Part shown: one piece after another, positions 12,190 through 24,897 of the stretch
How the letters are laid out: each line of letters starts with the position of its first letter
Numbering within the stretch: position 1 is the stretch's first letter
Assembly (NCBI GenBank): GCA_008632985.1
Contig: QPGO01000010.1
Coordinates: 682,001 to 746,000 of the forward strand
Length of the DNA: 64,000 nucleotides
From: Psammoneis japonica
Lineage: Eukaryota
Direction: 5' to 3'
The notes under the pieces: generated by a model
What the model was told of the DNA's origin: nothing
Database searches by the model: none
The model's input: the letters and a program-made list of their open reading frames with translations, nothing else
Program-made: the position numbers and the translations under genes

Positions 12190-15170
12190 CATGGACAGTG
12201 TTCCAGACCTGCAAAGAACATTCTTGCCTCAACAAGAGTGTTCTTGCATCAATGGCCAGTCAAAAATGTTCTTGCCCAGACAACAGTGTGCCAGACCAGC
12301 CAAGAACATTCCTTCCTGGACAAGAGTGTTCTTTCCCAGACAAGAGTGTTCCAGACCTGTCAAGAACATTTTTGCCCAGATGAAGAGTGTTTTTGCTCCC
12401 AGACACACACAGCCAGAATGTTCTCACCCAGACATTCATGGCCAGTCACAAATGTTCTTGCCCAGACACAAGTGCTCTTCCCAGACAAGAATGTTCCCAG
12501 CCAGCCAAGCATGTTCTTGCCAAGACATCAACAGTCCACAGGCAGTCACAAATGCTCCAGCAGTCAAGAACATTCTTGTCTGAAGTTCTTGCCCCCAGAC
12601 AAGAACATTCTAGACCAGTCAAGAATGTTTTTGCTCACACAAGATTGCACCAGAGCAGTCACAAATGTTCTTGCATGCACAAGAATGTCCTTGCCCACCT
12701 CAGACAGAAATGTCCCAGACCAGGCAAGAACATTCTTGCCCAGACAAGAGTGTTCCAGACCAGCCAAAAACATTGAGACCCATGCCCTGTTTGGGTTGTG
12801 GTCCCCACCAGGCAAGCTTTGTTGGTCCTGGGAGTCAGAGGGTTCATGTGTGTGGTGCACAAAATCAGGATGAACAGATTGATGATCAAGTGGTTGCGTT
12901 CATTCCAATGGCCATGTGTGTGGCATTCGGCAAATTTAATTTCATGTGCCAAAGTCAACAGTCATTTCTTGACAATGTTGGATGTTGTTGATGATGCTGT
13001 GATGATCATTGTCATGTGTTGCAAGCTCAAAACGTTGCTGGCAAATGGCTGGAAGAACTTCTTTGGAAACTGCCCATCAGGTGGCAATGCAGGTGGCATG
13101 TTGGACTCATTCTTGCAAGACATTCTGCGTGAGTCTTCTGTGGAGTCAAGCCAAGCAACACATGTGGAAGGAAACACAGCATCAATGGGTGCATGCCAAG
13201 CAACAGGGAACCCTGTTTTGCTCCATGACTGCACCGTCATTGGAGGTGCAAGACTGCAGTCAGAAACATTCCATGCCACACTGATCTGAATGGGTCCACA
13301 TGCTTGCGCCCAGCACAAGTGGACCTGGATGACTTGTTCAAGGCAATGGAAATGGATGCACCAACATGGAATGGAGTTAAAAGCCTGGACTCTGGCCTGT
13401 GAAGTGGACAGGATCTCTCCACCAACTTGTGAAGAGTCAGCAGTCAAACCTGCGTTCCACCCAGTTGCTCAACTCCTGGCATTTGGGCTCCCAGGGAGTC
13501 AACAATTCATGGGTGAAAAAAGACTTTTTCACCACCCAACCTCTGTCAATCATGACTCTTTCAGACACCAATGATTGCAAGCAAGCTCACAATGACAACA
13601 AGGGCTGCTCCAATGCAGCAAAAGAACTCTGCTGGCCAGCCATGTTTCTTTGGGCCATTGCCCACAACAAGATGGCAGCCTCACCCAGAGTGCAGCACCC
13701 AACACAGCATTCCTGCAATGCACCATGAAAAATCCCCAGGCTGAGCCATTGGGTGCTTTGTTGTCAGACCATTCACACTCAGGATTGGAGCCCAAAACCT
13801 GAGGTGAGCACTTGGTTTGATGGGCCATCACAGGACAGCACACTGGCAAAACAAAAATGTTCTGGACCAGAATGTCCTGGGCCAGTGAAGAACATTCATG
13901 GCCTGTCAAGAGTGTTCTTGCCCAGAGTCAAGAATGTTCCAGACCAGCCCAGAACAGTTCTGGACCAGTCAAAAACATTCATGGTGGGTCAAGAATGTTC
14001 TTTCCCAGACAAAAATGTTCTGGATGCCAGCCAAAACACTGTTCGCTGGCCATGAATGTTGTTGACCACTCAAGAACCAAGAGTGGCCAAAAATGTTGAT
14101 GGCTGTTCTTGGCCATCAGAAGAAAATCCTGTGCTCTAGAAGCTGGAACAACTGTCACAGACTTTGTTGCTGGCACAAGCTGAGTGCAAATGCTGTTTGG
14201 GGTGAACTGCAAACATGCCTTCAGCCACACTGCTGCTTGTGTGTTTTAAGAAAGGTCATCCCCTTGTTCACCCCACAATTTCTGTTGAATTTGAAAGAGG
14301 ATGTCCACAAGTGCACTTGTTTTGAATGCAAAAATTGCTCGTGTTTGCACCAGATTGTCAGGCATCAAGATCAAAGCATGACATTGAAATTGACAGTCAA
14401 TCTTTCTCAAAAATGCAGTGTGCCAGTGATGCACTCTCATCTCCTGATGCCAATCACACAACACATGGCAAGCACAATGCCAATGAGAGGCACATGCCTC
14501 CATTGCAAACTTGTGGCTTGCAGTTTTCACCATGGTGAGGCATGGTGAAACTCAGGGAAAAACTCCTGCATGACTTTGCTCAAAGTGCTCACATGTTTCT
14601 TTCAACAACATTTCTTGGTTGTGCACACATGTGGTGTTGTGACAATTTACAGCCACAAAAGCCAATGGAAGTGGTGAGATTTTTCATGCATGAACATGCG
14701 TGCTGACAAAGGAGAGGGGAAAAGCACACTCTGCAGTGCACTCCTGGTGCACTCCATGGTGTGCTTGTCCATGGTGCAATTTTTCACTTTTCCCATTTCA
14801 GATCAAAAGAGTGTTCTTGCCCAGACAAGAATGTCCTCACCCAGACAAGAGCACCCCTCACTGGCCAAGAATGTCCCTGACCAAACAAAATGTTGTGGGC
14901 CAGCCAAAAACATTCTCAGCTCATCAAGAACATTCTTGCCTGGACAACAATGTTCCAGACCAGTCAAAAACATTCTTGCCCAGACAAGAGTGTCCCCAAC
15001 CAGTCAAGTGCACTCTTGTCCAGACAAGCACATTCTCACCCCAACAGTGTTTTTGCCAAAACAAGAGCATTCCAGACTGGCAGTCATGTGCATTTTGGCT
15101 GGCCAAGAATGTTCTCACCCAAACAGGAATGTTCTTCACCAGTCAAGAACATTCATGGCTGGTCAAGCCA
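12190..15170. repeat. Three blocks (about 12190-12775, 13850-14100, 14805-15170) of a degenerate ~20/40-bp satellite, ccagacaagagtgttccagaccagtcaagaacattcttg
   Basis: Many recurrences of caagaacattcttg, caagaatgttcttg and ccagaccagtc. Confidence 0.9.
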
Positions 15171-15184
15171 AAAACATGTGCTCC

Positions 15185-15700
15185 CTGGGTTTTGTGCAAA
15201 GACTGTGCCCAGCAACTTTCTGTGCCAAACAGCTCTTTTTGTGAAACCAGCACCATGCCCCACATCTTTCAGGTGAAACCTGTGCCCCACAGCTTTTTGC
15301 ATGGTGCAGCTTCTGAGTGAAACCTCTGCCCCACAGTTTTTTGCACCCCATGGCTTTTTTTGTGAAACCTGCACAGAAAAGCTGGGGGGAGGGGGGGACA
15401 GGTTTCACACAAAAGCTTTAGGATCCAGAAAGCTGTGGGGCATGCAAAAAGCTGGGGGATGCAGGTCTTGCACAAAAGATGTGGGGTGTGGAATGCCACA
15501 GGGAGCACAGAAAGCTGTGGGGTGCAGGTCTCACCCAAAAGATGCAGGGTGCAAAAAGGTGGGGGCACAGAAAGCTGTGGGGTGTGAGTTTTGCACAAAA
15601 GCCATGGGTGCAGAAAGCTGCAGGGCCCAGGATTTGCAAAAAAGCTGTGGTGCACAGAGAAAGCTGCAGGGGGCACATGTCTCTGGAAAATGTTGTTGCC
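15185..15700. repeat. Foldback-like array of short units in inverted orientation around a G-run
   Basis: Left units gtgaaacctgtgccccacagctttttg, right units cagaaagctgtggggtgcaggtctcac, centre gctggggggagggggggacagg (about 15381-15402). Confidence 0.75.
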
Positions 15701-18700
15701 AGAAGCCTGTGCTTTCAACAAATTCCTCTTGTGTGCAATGAGGAAATTGAACAACCTCATCTTGCAGCCAAACACAGCAGCAGCTGCACCATTTGTTGGT
15801 CAAAAATGCACCCAAGAATGAGTTGAGGTTTGAGGCTTCCTTTGCTCAATCTGGTCACCACACTGTTGGCCTGTGGGCACCCTCTCATCTCAAGAGACAT
15901 TGAGAGCAGACCAAGCACACTTCCTGAGAGAATGAGCTGTCACCTGAAACACCCCATTCACAACTCTTGAAAGCTGCCAAATCAAATGTGGCACTGATTG
16001 ATGCTGAGCACACCTGCATCTTTGTGAAGACCCTCAGCAAAGGCACCTCAGAAAAAAAAACTAAAATGTGGTTTTGAGTGCTGTTGCACCTTGACAGCAA
16101 GGCCAGCATCAGGGTTGACCCACACTTCTGGCACACTGATCCATGGCAGAAGACTTTTCAACATCAGCCACCCACCCAAAGCCCCTGTGTGTGTTTCTGT
16201 GTGTGCTCTTGTGCTGACATTGCCCTTCTCAGATGGCATTTTTGCTGGGTCTCTCAAGACCATTCTGGCCATTTCCACCAATGGTGCACTCTTGTTTCAT
16301 CATGTCAAGCAACATTTTTCAGCAGAAAACAACTGGCATTGACTCCTTGCAGTTCACATGTTTGTTGTTCTTTTTCAAAACTTTCTGCACTCCAGTGCAA
16401 ATTCTGCATGCTTCAGCAATCACCACTGATGAATGCTTTGTCAAATCTCTGAGCTGCTTGTGCCCACACCCATCTGTCCTCAATGTCCTTCTTTGTTCTT
16501 GTTGGTCGACCAAAATCCTTCACTCCATTTTTTGGTGAAAGTGCTGCCTCTCTGTTGCAGCACCAATGATCATGGCTGAGTGCAAGTCCTTCTTCAGCGC
16601 CAATTGAAAATTTTCCATTTGCTGCATGCATTGGAATTTCTGCACAAGATCCGGTGTGGTTTCTGCTTGTGAAAAACATTTTTCTGACAACTTGTCACAT
16701 CATCAAGTGCTCCATTTTTCATCTCCCAGTCCTGGACAACCCATCCCTTCCTCACTGGCAAATCAAGATCCCTGCTCTGCACAGCAATCTCTCTGCCACT
16801 GTTGCATTGCTTGGAGGTTTGAAAGTGGCCCTCATTTTGATGTGTCAGCCAATGGCTTGGCATGCTCACAAACCAAGTTCTGGGGGTGATTGTTCTTTGC
16901 CATTGTGGCATGGCAGCCATGTTTCCAGTCCATCTACAAGCAACAAACTCCACAAAGTGTCGCCTCATTGTCCCCAGTTGCCTCGGGCATGTGTCACTGC
17001 AAGGTGGTGCCACCAACCTTGGCTGATCCCACAGAGGCTTCTGCTGCACGACTGGCCCAGTGTTCTGGAAGTGTGGGTCAGCCAATGTCAGCTTGCTGGT
17101 CAGTGGTGTGGCTGGCTGCACTTAAAAAACTGGAAATGTGGTTTTCAACCAGAGTTTTGGGGTCATGATGAAAGTGCAGCTAAAGCAGATCTGGATGAGT
17201 GTCACCTTTTGCAAGACATGCAAAGGGAAACACAGCACCTGCAAGTCCAAAGGCGGTCTTTCACACAAGGCACAGAACAGTTGTTTGAGTTGCAGTTGAG
17301 CGTGTGCAACATTCTAGCAGGGTTTTTGAAGAAAAATGGGTCCCCCACAAAACATCAACTTTGGACCACCAAGACCCAAAAGACTTGCCAGACTTCGCCA
17401 AATGTTTGAATGGAGTGGCATCAACAAGTCACCACCACTTGTTGAAGGCATTTCAAGAGAACTCCAAAATTTCTCACTGAAAAAATCTGAAAGAGCCCAA
17501 TCAAAGATTGAGCTTTTGCAAGCCCCAGCAAAGCAAATGGCATGAAAGGAAAGAGCCAACAAACAAGAAGAAAAAAAGAGATGAAAGGAGATGCTGGGGT
17601 TGCAGTTAAAAAACAAACAAACATGATTGCATTGTCAAACAAAAGGGGAGAAAATCACCAAGGGAAGTCAGCAAGAAACATTTTGTGTGATCCAACTGCA
17701 AACCGGTGCCAGGTGGCCACAGAGAAGAGTGTCTCTAACAATGGAGTGAACATCTCAAAGAGTTGTTGAAAAGGGCAAGATCAAAGCCTTCTTCTTGTTC
17801 CAGATCCAAAAACAGCAAACAACCAAAAAATCAGCAAAGCAGGTCCTTAGAAGCTGTGCCAAACTGTCAGAATTGACCTGCTCCATCAGCTCAAGACTGG
17901 CTCTTCTGCCTGATCAAAGCAAGCTTTTTTGGCTCATTGTCTGAAAAAGGGAGTGTTGGGCCTGAAAAACTTCAAGGGTTGAACAGCACAAGTGCAAGCA
18001 CAAATTGCTGTCTTGTTGAAAGAAGAAAAGGAGGTTTGTTTCTTTCTCCTCAGCAGCTGGTCTCACTGTCAGATGAGCCAAGAGCATGCCATGATGAGCA
18101 AGCAAAGCAGCACACAGGATTTCATTGAGTGCATGCTGGCAAGTGGAGGCTTGTTGCTGCCCTCAAAAACAGTGCCAGCACCAGTTGCACCAAATGACCA
18201 GCTCCAAAGGCTGTCATTCTGTCTGATTTTGCCAAGAAGCACCCAGTGTTGTGAAGCCAGAAATTGCAAAGCAAGTTGCTTGACTGAGGGACGCTGTTGT
18301 GGTGACACATGATCACAGCAGGCACTTTGACAAATCTTGTGCTGTCAAAGAGCTTCCTTTGTGGGGCTCATTTTTTTGACTGCACAATTGCCATGGCTGT
18401 GCATGACAGGGGCTGCACTGCAGCAAAAAAACTGAAGGTGCAGAGACTGACTCATGGCTTTTTGAAATCTCCCAGTCAAAGAACTCAACTTTGTTCACAA
18501 CTGATTTTTTTGTTGCATGCCACATGGCAGGCTCATGACTTGAGATGACCCCCAGCATGCACAATGCTCCAACACCACAAATGGTTTTTAAAAGGGGGTG
18601 CTCAAGAAGTGGCATGATTGTTGGCCCCACCACCTGTCATGCATCATGTGCCAATGAAACTTCCTTCTTGTGCATGTTTTGTGACTTGGTTGGCTTTGTC

Positions 18701-21700
18701 TCCCCCACTTTGTTGGACCATGGACTTTGAGGTTGCTGCAAGCAGTGGCAACTTTTTTTTGGGAACCCAACTCAACAACAGAGCACAGTTCTTAGCAAGT
18801 GGCAAATGTGGGAGATTGGGATGAAAAATTTGTGCTCCATTGTTTCACACAGAGTTTTGCCCAGTGTCAGCAACACTTCAAGCAACATGCTCCTCACCCT
18901 CATCTGGAAAAATGAGAGTGTGAGCTGCAGACTGGGGAGGCATCTTTGGAAGTGAGAGCATCAAAAAAGTCTGTGTGCAAGTGCATTTGGGGGCATTCCC
19001 AGCACAATTTGCATGCTAGAAAACACATGCGTGACCCATCTGGCATTCATCAAAACCCTGAATGCACAGGTTGACAGACTGTTTCAGTGCAAATTCCATG
19101 TGAGTTTCTTTGACAGTCTCACTTCCAAAGACATCACCTGAGATGCTGACATGCCAACACTGGCATCTTGCTTTCAGGCCAAAGCTAAGAAAAAAAGAAG
19201 TGAAAAAACATGAAACAGCTTGAAAAGTTCAATTCAACCCAGGCTTTTGCCCTGAACTCTTTTGCAACTCAGTTGAAAAAAAAACCAGCTCTTTCTTTGA
19301 AGTGTCAAAAAGAGAAAAGAGTGATGTGAGCCAAATGTGCTGCCATGCATTTTGCACATTCATTTTGGCTTTTGCAGGTTGCTGCAAGAGCAAACCAAAG
19401 CTTGCTTTGCACACCACCACATTGTTGTCAAGTTGCTGTGGTGGTCTGTGATTGCTTTTGACAGCTTTCCTCAACTTTGCAGCCATGGAAGCCATGCCAG
19501 CCAACAACACAAAGCAGATGTGGCATGTGTCTTGAAGGAGCTGGTGAGAAAGTGTGCCACAGCTCTTCTGCAACAGACCTTTTGCATGTTTTCAAATGAC
19601 TTTGCTGGTCTTGATGCACCACAGAAAGTTGGTGCATGAGGTCACCAAAGTGGACCTGTGTGACACAGAAATGATCACACCAACTGATTTGGATGCAACA
19701 CATTCAAAGTCACTGTTTTTGCATTGATTGCTTCTAGAGTGGAGAATGTAAAAGGCCCAAATCCACCAGCAGCCACTTGAATTGCCCCACCACAAGCCTG
19801 TTGTGTTTGCACTGGACAAAAAAGAAGCAGCACCCACAGACTGAGAAAAACATGGTGGTCCAAAGGTGTCATTTTCACTGTCATGAGGTGGAAACTTGAT
19901 GCCATCATGGACCACCATCTTCACTCTCTGTGCTGGTTTGTTGTTTGAGGCCTCTCTTTTCTCACAGCATCATTGGCACTGAAGGCACCCAGACATTTAG
20001 TTTTCCATTTTTGAGTGAGACAGGTTGCCAAAACTGCAAAATGAAAAAAAAGAGTTGAGGCTGGCTCCACCTCATTTTCTTTTTCACTTGCTCAGCTCTA
20101 AAAGAGGGTTGGCCTCAAAGCAAGCTGTTGCCAAATTTCTGATTCCATGGTGCACTGAATGCACGTGCAATGACACCGGCTGCTCCTGCGGGCCACAGTG
20201 GGGCCCTCTGCTCTAGCTAGCCAGAGCAAGTGGCAACAGAGAGAGCAGAGAGAGGCAGCTTTGAGGCCCAATGCCGTGCTTCATGTGTGACAACAAAACC
20301 CCCATTTTTGCCAAAATGCATTGCCAACTGACTGATTTCATGCCAACATGAAGTTTCTGAGAACTTGTGGGGTCACAAAAGTGGAGAGGAGTTGCATTGG
20401 ACAAGGGAGCCACACTGAAATTCGTCCCTTGTGCTTTCCTGTGCAATGAAGGTGCTCCGCAAAAAGTCAGTTCCATCTTCCAATGCCCAACGCCAGAAAC
20501 AATGCACACAACCTGTCACATTCTTGCAAGACATCAGTTTGAAGAGCATGAGACCAACAATGCTCACATCTTGTGCATTTTGTGGCTTTAGCAGGCATCA
20601 AAGTCTGGCCAATTCTGCCAAAAATGTCAGCTCCGTGATGCCACCTGTAAAAATTGACCCCCAGTTTTTGACCAAATGCCCACATTGATCAACAAACAGC
20701 ACACAGATGCAAAGTTCAGCACATTTGTGGGGGCCCACTAGAATGGGGGTAAACGTCAGTTGCCAACCAATCACTGAATTTTGACTCTCGCACTGGCCCG
20801 TGTGACAAAGGTGGAAAAGTCAGTTCTGTTTTGAAATGCCAGATGCCATGAACAACAAACACCTGTTGCATTCTTGCAAGACATTCAGTTAAAGAGTGTA
20901 AGACCAACAATGCTCACATCTTGTGCATTTTGTGGCTCTGGCTGGGGTCAAAATCTGGCTGAAACTTCCAAAAAAATCGAGTCGAGCGGGTCACACGGGA
21001 TTCAAGACACGTGACTCACAGTGCAATGAGGTGAAATTGACCCATTCTTGACACCAAGATTGGATGATGACATCATCACAAACCAATTTTATGGCAATGT
21101 TCTACTTTCCATGGCCCTGGTTTGTCTTTGACCTTGTGACAACTGTGCCTGACCTCTTTCATGCTGCAAATGGGCAAAGCAATCCATGAACACCACGTGG
21201 GCGCTCATTTGCAAGCCACGCTGCCTTTTCCATTTTCAGATTTGACGCTTGTGTCTTTGCAATCAACCCAGAGCACATGCAAGCTAGGGAGGAGTTCTGT
21301 TCACTGTCGCTGATCACTCTGCAGAATGACAGCATCAGAACATTTTGTCAACGTTGTTTGACGCTTTTTTCTTGAGCCGTGCACCAACTTCGTTCTTCAT
21401 CATTTTCGCTCTTGTCTGCCCGACTCTCTCCCATTCAAGAACACTTGGCTGAGTGCATTGCAGTTGCTTTGTCAAAGTCTTCAAAAATGTTTGTCTGGTC
21501 AGTGCCATTGATCAAATGGGTTTGATGATGTGATGATGACATTGGATTCGTCATGTGCTCATGCTGGGAAAGACAGTGAGAGTTGGCTGCGGTGGCAAGA
21601 AAGTTGAGTGAGACAACAAGTGGCAAGCCTCAGATGAACTGACAACACTGTTTTGATTTTAAGCATGCTTTCCTTTTTACAAACTTGGGCTTTGACACAG

Positions 21701-22242
21701 CAGGTGCTGAAAATCTGGCAAATGGTGAGTTGATGCATCATCTCTGCACACAACATGGAGTCACAAAAACAGGCGCAGCAGCACGTCAGCAGCAGCACAA
21801 AACTCAACTCACCACCATTCGCTAACAACCCCCTTTAAAACCCCAAACAAAAGGCAGCACAACAAGCCTGCTGTTGCAGTGGGACTCAAAATGATGATTG
21901 TTCAGACACCTCATCTGCTGCTGCATCAATGTCATCGTCTGCTCCGGCGGTTTTTTGAGAAGCTCTCTCCATCTCCACGTCAGCGTTTTGGCAAGAGTCA
22001 GGTTTCCAGGGTGACAGAAGTGTGTGGTCAGGAGCAAAACGGCACTTGTAATCAGAATGTTCCTGTCCGGCAAACGCCTTTTATGTCAATCAAATCATTG
22101 AATCTGAGATCTGGTGATCACAACCCTGCACTTTTGATGCCAACGGTCTGGCCGACACACCCCGCTTGTATCATACAAGAATCACGCATCATCATCGTTG
22201 TTCATTCCATGTTGTCTGCAGTCTGCACAGAGCTAAGACCTC

Positions 22243-23291
22243 ATGACAAGTGTCGAAACTTCCAAGGACGCCCTATCGGAGAGACTGGCTTCTCTTCTTG
22301 GGCTCGATAAGGAATGTGCTATTGATGTTCTTGAACACCTGCTTTCAATCGAATCGGAGACGGTGAGTTTTCCGGAAGGTGTGCCCGCTGCCCGCATGAC
22401 TGAAGATATGTTCAATGTTATTGTCTGTGCTGACATTCAAGTGCCTGCTAACTTCCTTCTTTTTTCGCTTTCTTCAAGGATCTAATTGATTATTTGGTTC
22501 AGCTTTTGGGAAAAAAGGACAAGGCCGTGGAAAAGTTTGCAAAAGATGTTTCAAGTTTTCATCGAGGAGAAACAATCGTGTTGCAGAAAACGCAACAGGA
22601 ATCAGAGACCGAAACTAGGAAAGAAAATGCGACTTCTGCATCTAAAGCACCGAAACACGAGGCTTCAGAGCCAGCTGTTAAACCGCCAGTGAACACAAAG
22701 TTTAGTGCAGTCCAAGAAAGACGACCGAAAAGCAGAACGCCACCACCGGCAACGAGACATCAAAAAGCATCAAAAAAGAGCACTGAAAATGTCAAAGACG
22801 AGGCGAAAGCACCAGATACAAACATACAAAAGAAAGAAACCTCGATAGAGAAGCAGCCAAAAGCGACAATCTCGCAAAAACCTGCCGCCAGTAAACCCAA
22901 GACGAAATCTCCACCAAAGCGAGGGAAAGCGACCAAAGTTTGTGGCTGCTTTGGAACAAAACACAGGTGCTTAACAAACTGTTTGTATTGTGGTCGAATA
23001 TCCTGTGAAGTAGAGGGATACGACTTTTGTCCTTTTTGTGGATATCTCGTGGAAAGTCTCGCTCAAGAGAACAACGATGCAGCGTGGATGCACAAGGAAC
23101 GTCTTTTGACGTTTGATCGGGATTTTGCGCGTCGAACTGAAATCGTTGATGACCAAGGCAGCGATTTTCACTCCAAAGCAACATCGTCGTGGTTGTCTCG
23201 TGACGAGCAGGAGGAGGCACAAGCAAACGATGAGCAGCAGCAACAAGATTTACTTCAGCGGAAGAAGCAGCAACTCAACGTTTCGTTTTGA
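22243..23291 (+). CDS. C2HC5-type zinc-finger protein of the ASC-1/TRIP4/RQT4 family; 2 exons (22243-22362, 22479-23291)
   Basis: CGCFGTKHRCLTNCLYCGRISCEVEGYDFCPFCG followed by HKERLLTFDRDFARRTEIVDDQ. The GT-AG intron at 22363-22478 has a gctaac branch site and keeps the frame. Confidence 0.85.
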
Positions 23292-23679
23292 GACACTGTA
23301 CACAGAACTAAGCACGCGAGATGAGTCAGACCGCCGTTAACCCCTATATCAGTCTTTGTAAAGACTCAAAGTAAGTGCAATTCTTGTGCTAAAAGCGCTC
23401 TTGGTAAGCTAAACTAAAATAGACCGTATAGTAGGTACGAATGAAATGAATGAAGCGAACGAGCGAATGAATGAAGCAAGTACCGTAGGTAGGGGAGAGC
23501 ACGCAAGACTACGTCGCATCGATCGCCACAGCGCACAACACGAAAACACGAAACGAGAGGAGGACGAACGACGATGATGGATGATGCTCGCTCGCTCAAT
23601 GCTGGGTTGATGGACGAAAACGACACAAGACGCAAGAATCAATCGGCGTTATTGCAACAGCGGCTAGAGCATTACCGCT

Positions 23680-24614
23680 ATGAAGCTTCGAAGCTTTGCA
23701 ACCCTATTCTGGGGCTTACTTGTGCTGCCTGATAATGCTAGATCTCAGCAACAGCAAGATCCTACCACCATGAATGGTGGATCAGTGCTCGCAATGGCAG
23801 GCGATGGATGCGTTGCACTCGCCATGGACAAGCGCTTTGGTAGTGGGCCACAGGTGAGAGAAAACCGGCTATAGCTGTGTTTGGGTATATTCATGTCACT
23901 GTTTTTCCCCTCTGACACGTGCTACTCGTTATTTTTGAATAGATGGTGAACATTGCTCCACGTCATGTTTTTACTCCGCACCCCAATCTAGTTGTTGCCT
24001 TTACAGGGCTGGAAGGTGACGTACAGTCTCTATCTCAGGAATTATCTGTTCAGGTCAAAGCGAAGTTGGGAAGAGCATTGGGTTTTATGGGTAGTCGAAG
24101 ACAGCGGCACGCAAACATTTCTCCGTCAGCGATGGCTACGTTAACCAGCCACGTCCTGTACAGTCGGAAACAGTCTCCTTATTTTGTGGAGCCCCTCGTT
24201 GTGGGATTAGAACAGTACGTCATTCATGACAATAGTAAGAAAACTGAGGAAGAGAACGAGCTAGTGAACAAAGATTCCGATACAGATACGAGTGATATCC
24301 AAGCTGGTTTCTCGATAGCAGAGAAATCCAGCAGGAAAATCGGCTATCGGCCCTTTTTGTGCTGTCACGATTTGTTGGGAGCACAGTCACGATCTGATGC
24401 TTTTGTATGTGCTGGCGCTGCGTCAAAGTCACTCTATGGAACAGCCGAAGCACTCTGGAAACCAAACCTGTCCAGTCAAGAGTTGGTCCAGGTTTGTGGC
24501 AAAGCATTCCTAAGCGCACTGGAACGTGATTGTCTGAGCGGGTATGGAGCTATTGTCTACATAATCACCAAGGATGGGATCGTTGAGTATGATCTGGCTT
24601 GCCGTAATGATTGA
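23680..24614 (+). CDS. PSMB3: 20S proteasome subunit beta type-3 homolog with an N-terminal signal-peptide-like extension; 2 exons (23680-23853, 23943-24614)
   Basis: MNGGSVLAMAGDGCVALAMDKRFG, TGLEGDVQ, PYFVEPLVVGL, LYGTAEALWKPNL, ERDCLSGYGAIVYII. Phase-0 GT-AG intron at 23854-23942. Confidence 0.9.
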
Positions 24615-24897
24615 TGATTGAACAGCTGCCAAATGAAGGAAAACTGCGTATGAGATAGACTGGGTATTCATTCAACGACATCAGAAAGTGCGTGACACGA
24701 GCAGGTGGCTTTTGACTGAAAAAGTATGAGAGTAGCAAGTATCGAACTGGAAGAGTCTGGTTCTTCTTACTACGAGCGCTTGAACTGAACAGATAGTGAT
24801 GAAATTCGAAATCCTTCTATAACAAATAGGTCGTCCCAGATTCACTATTATTTCTTTTAACACTTACGCGGACCTCGATTCCTGATATTGGGTCTGT

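Larger units (their letters stand above)
6650..21850. repeat. Nested, heavily decayed repeat/transposon tract almost devoid of TpA and CpG
   Basis: Dominated by TG/CA. Contains internal duplications (7300-7420, 8865-9143, 20464-20625 vs 20817-20978) and satellites, and no credible intact ORF. Confidence 0.85.

Noticed and set aside
12190..15170. Palindromic short repeats resembling a CRISPR array
   Set aside because: Units are degenerate and abutting with no unique spacers, there are no cas genes, and the context is eukaryotic.
6900..21800. Dozens of Cys/His-rich ORFs resembling metal-binding or zinc-finger proteins
   Set aside because: They overlap in all six frames, lack Tyr and are explained by TG/CA enrichment and loss of stop codons.
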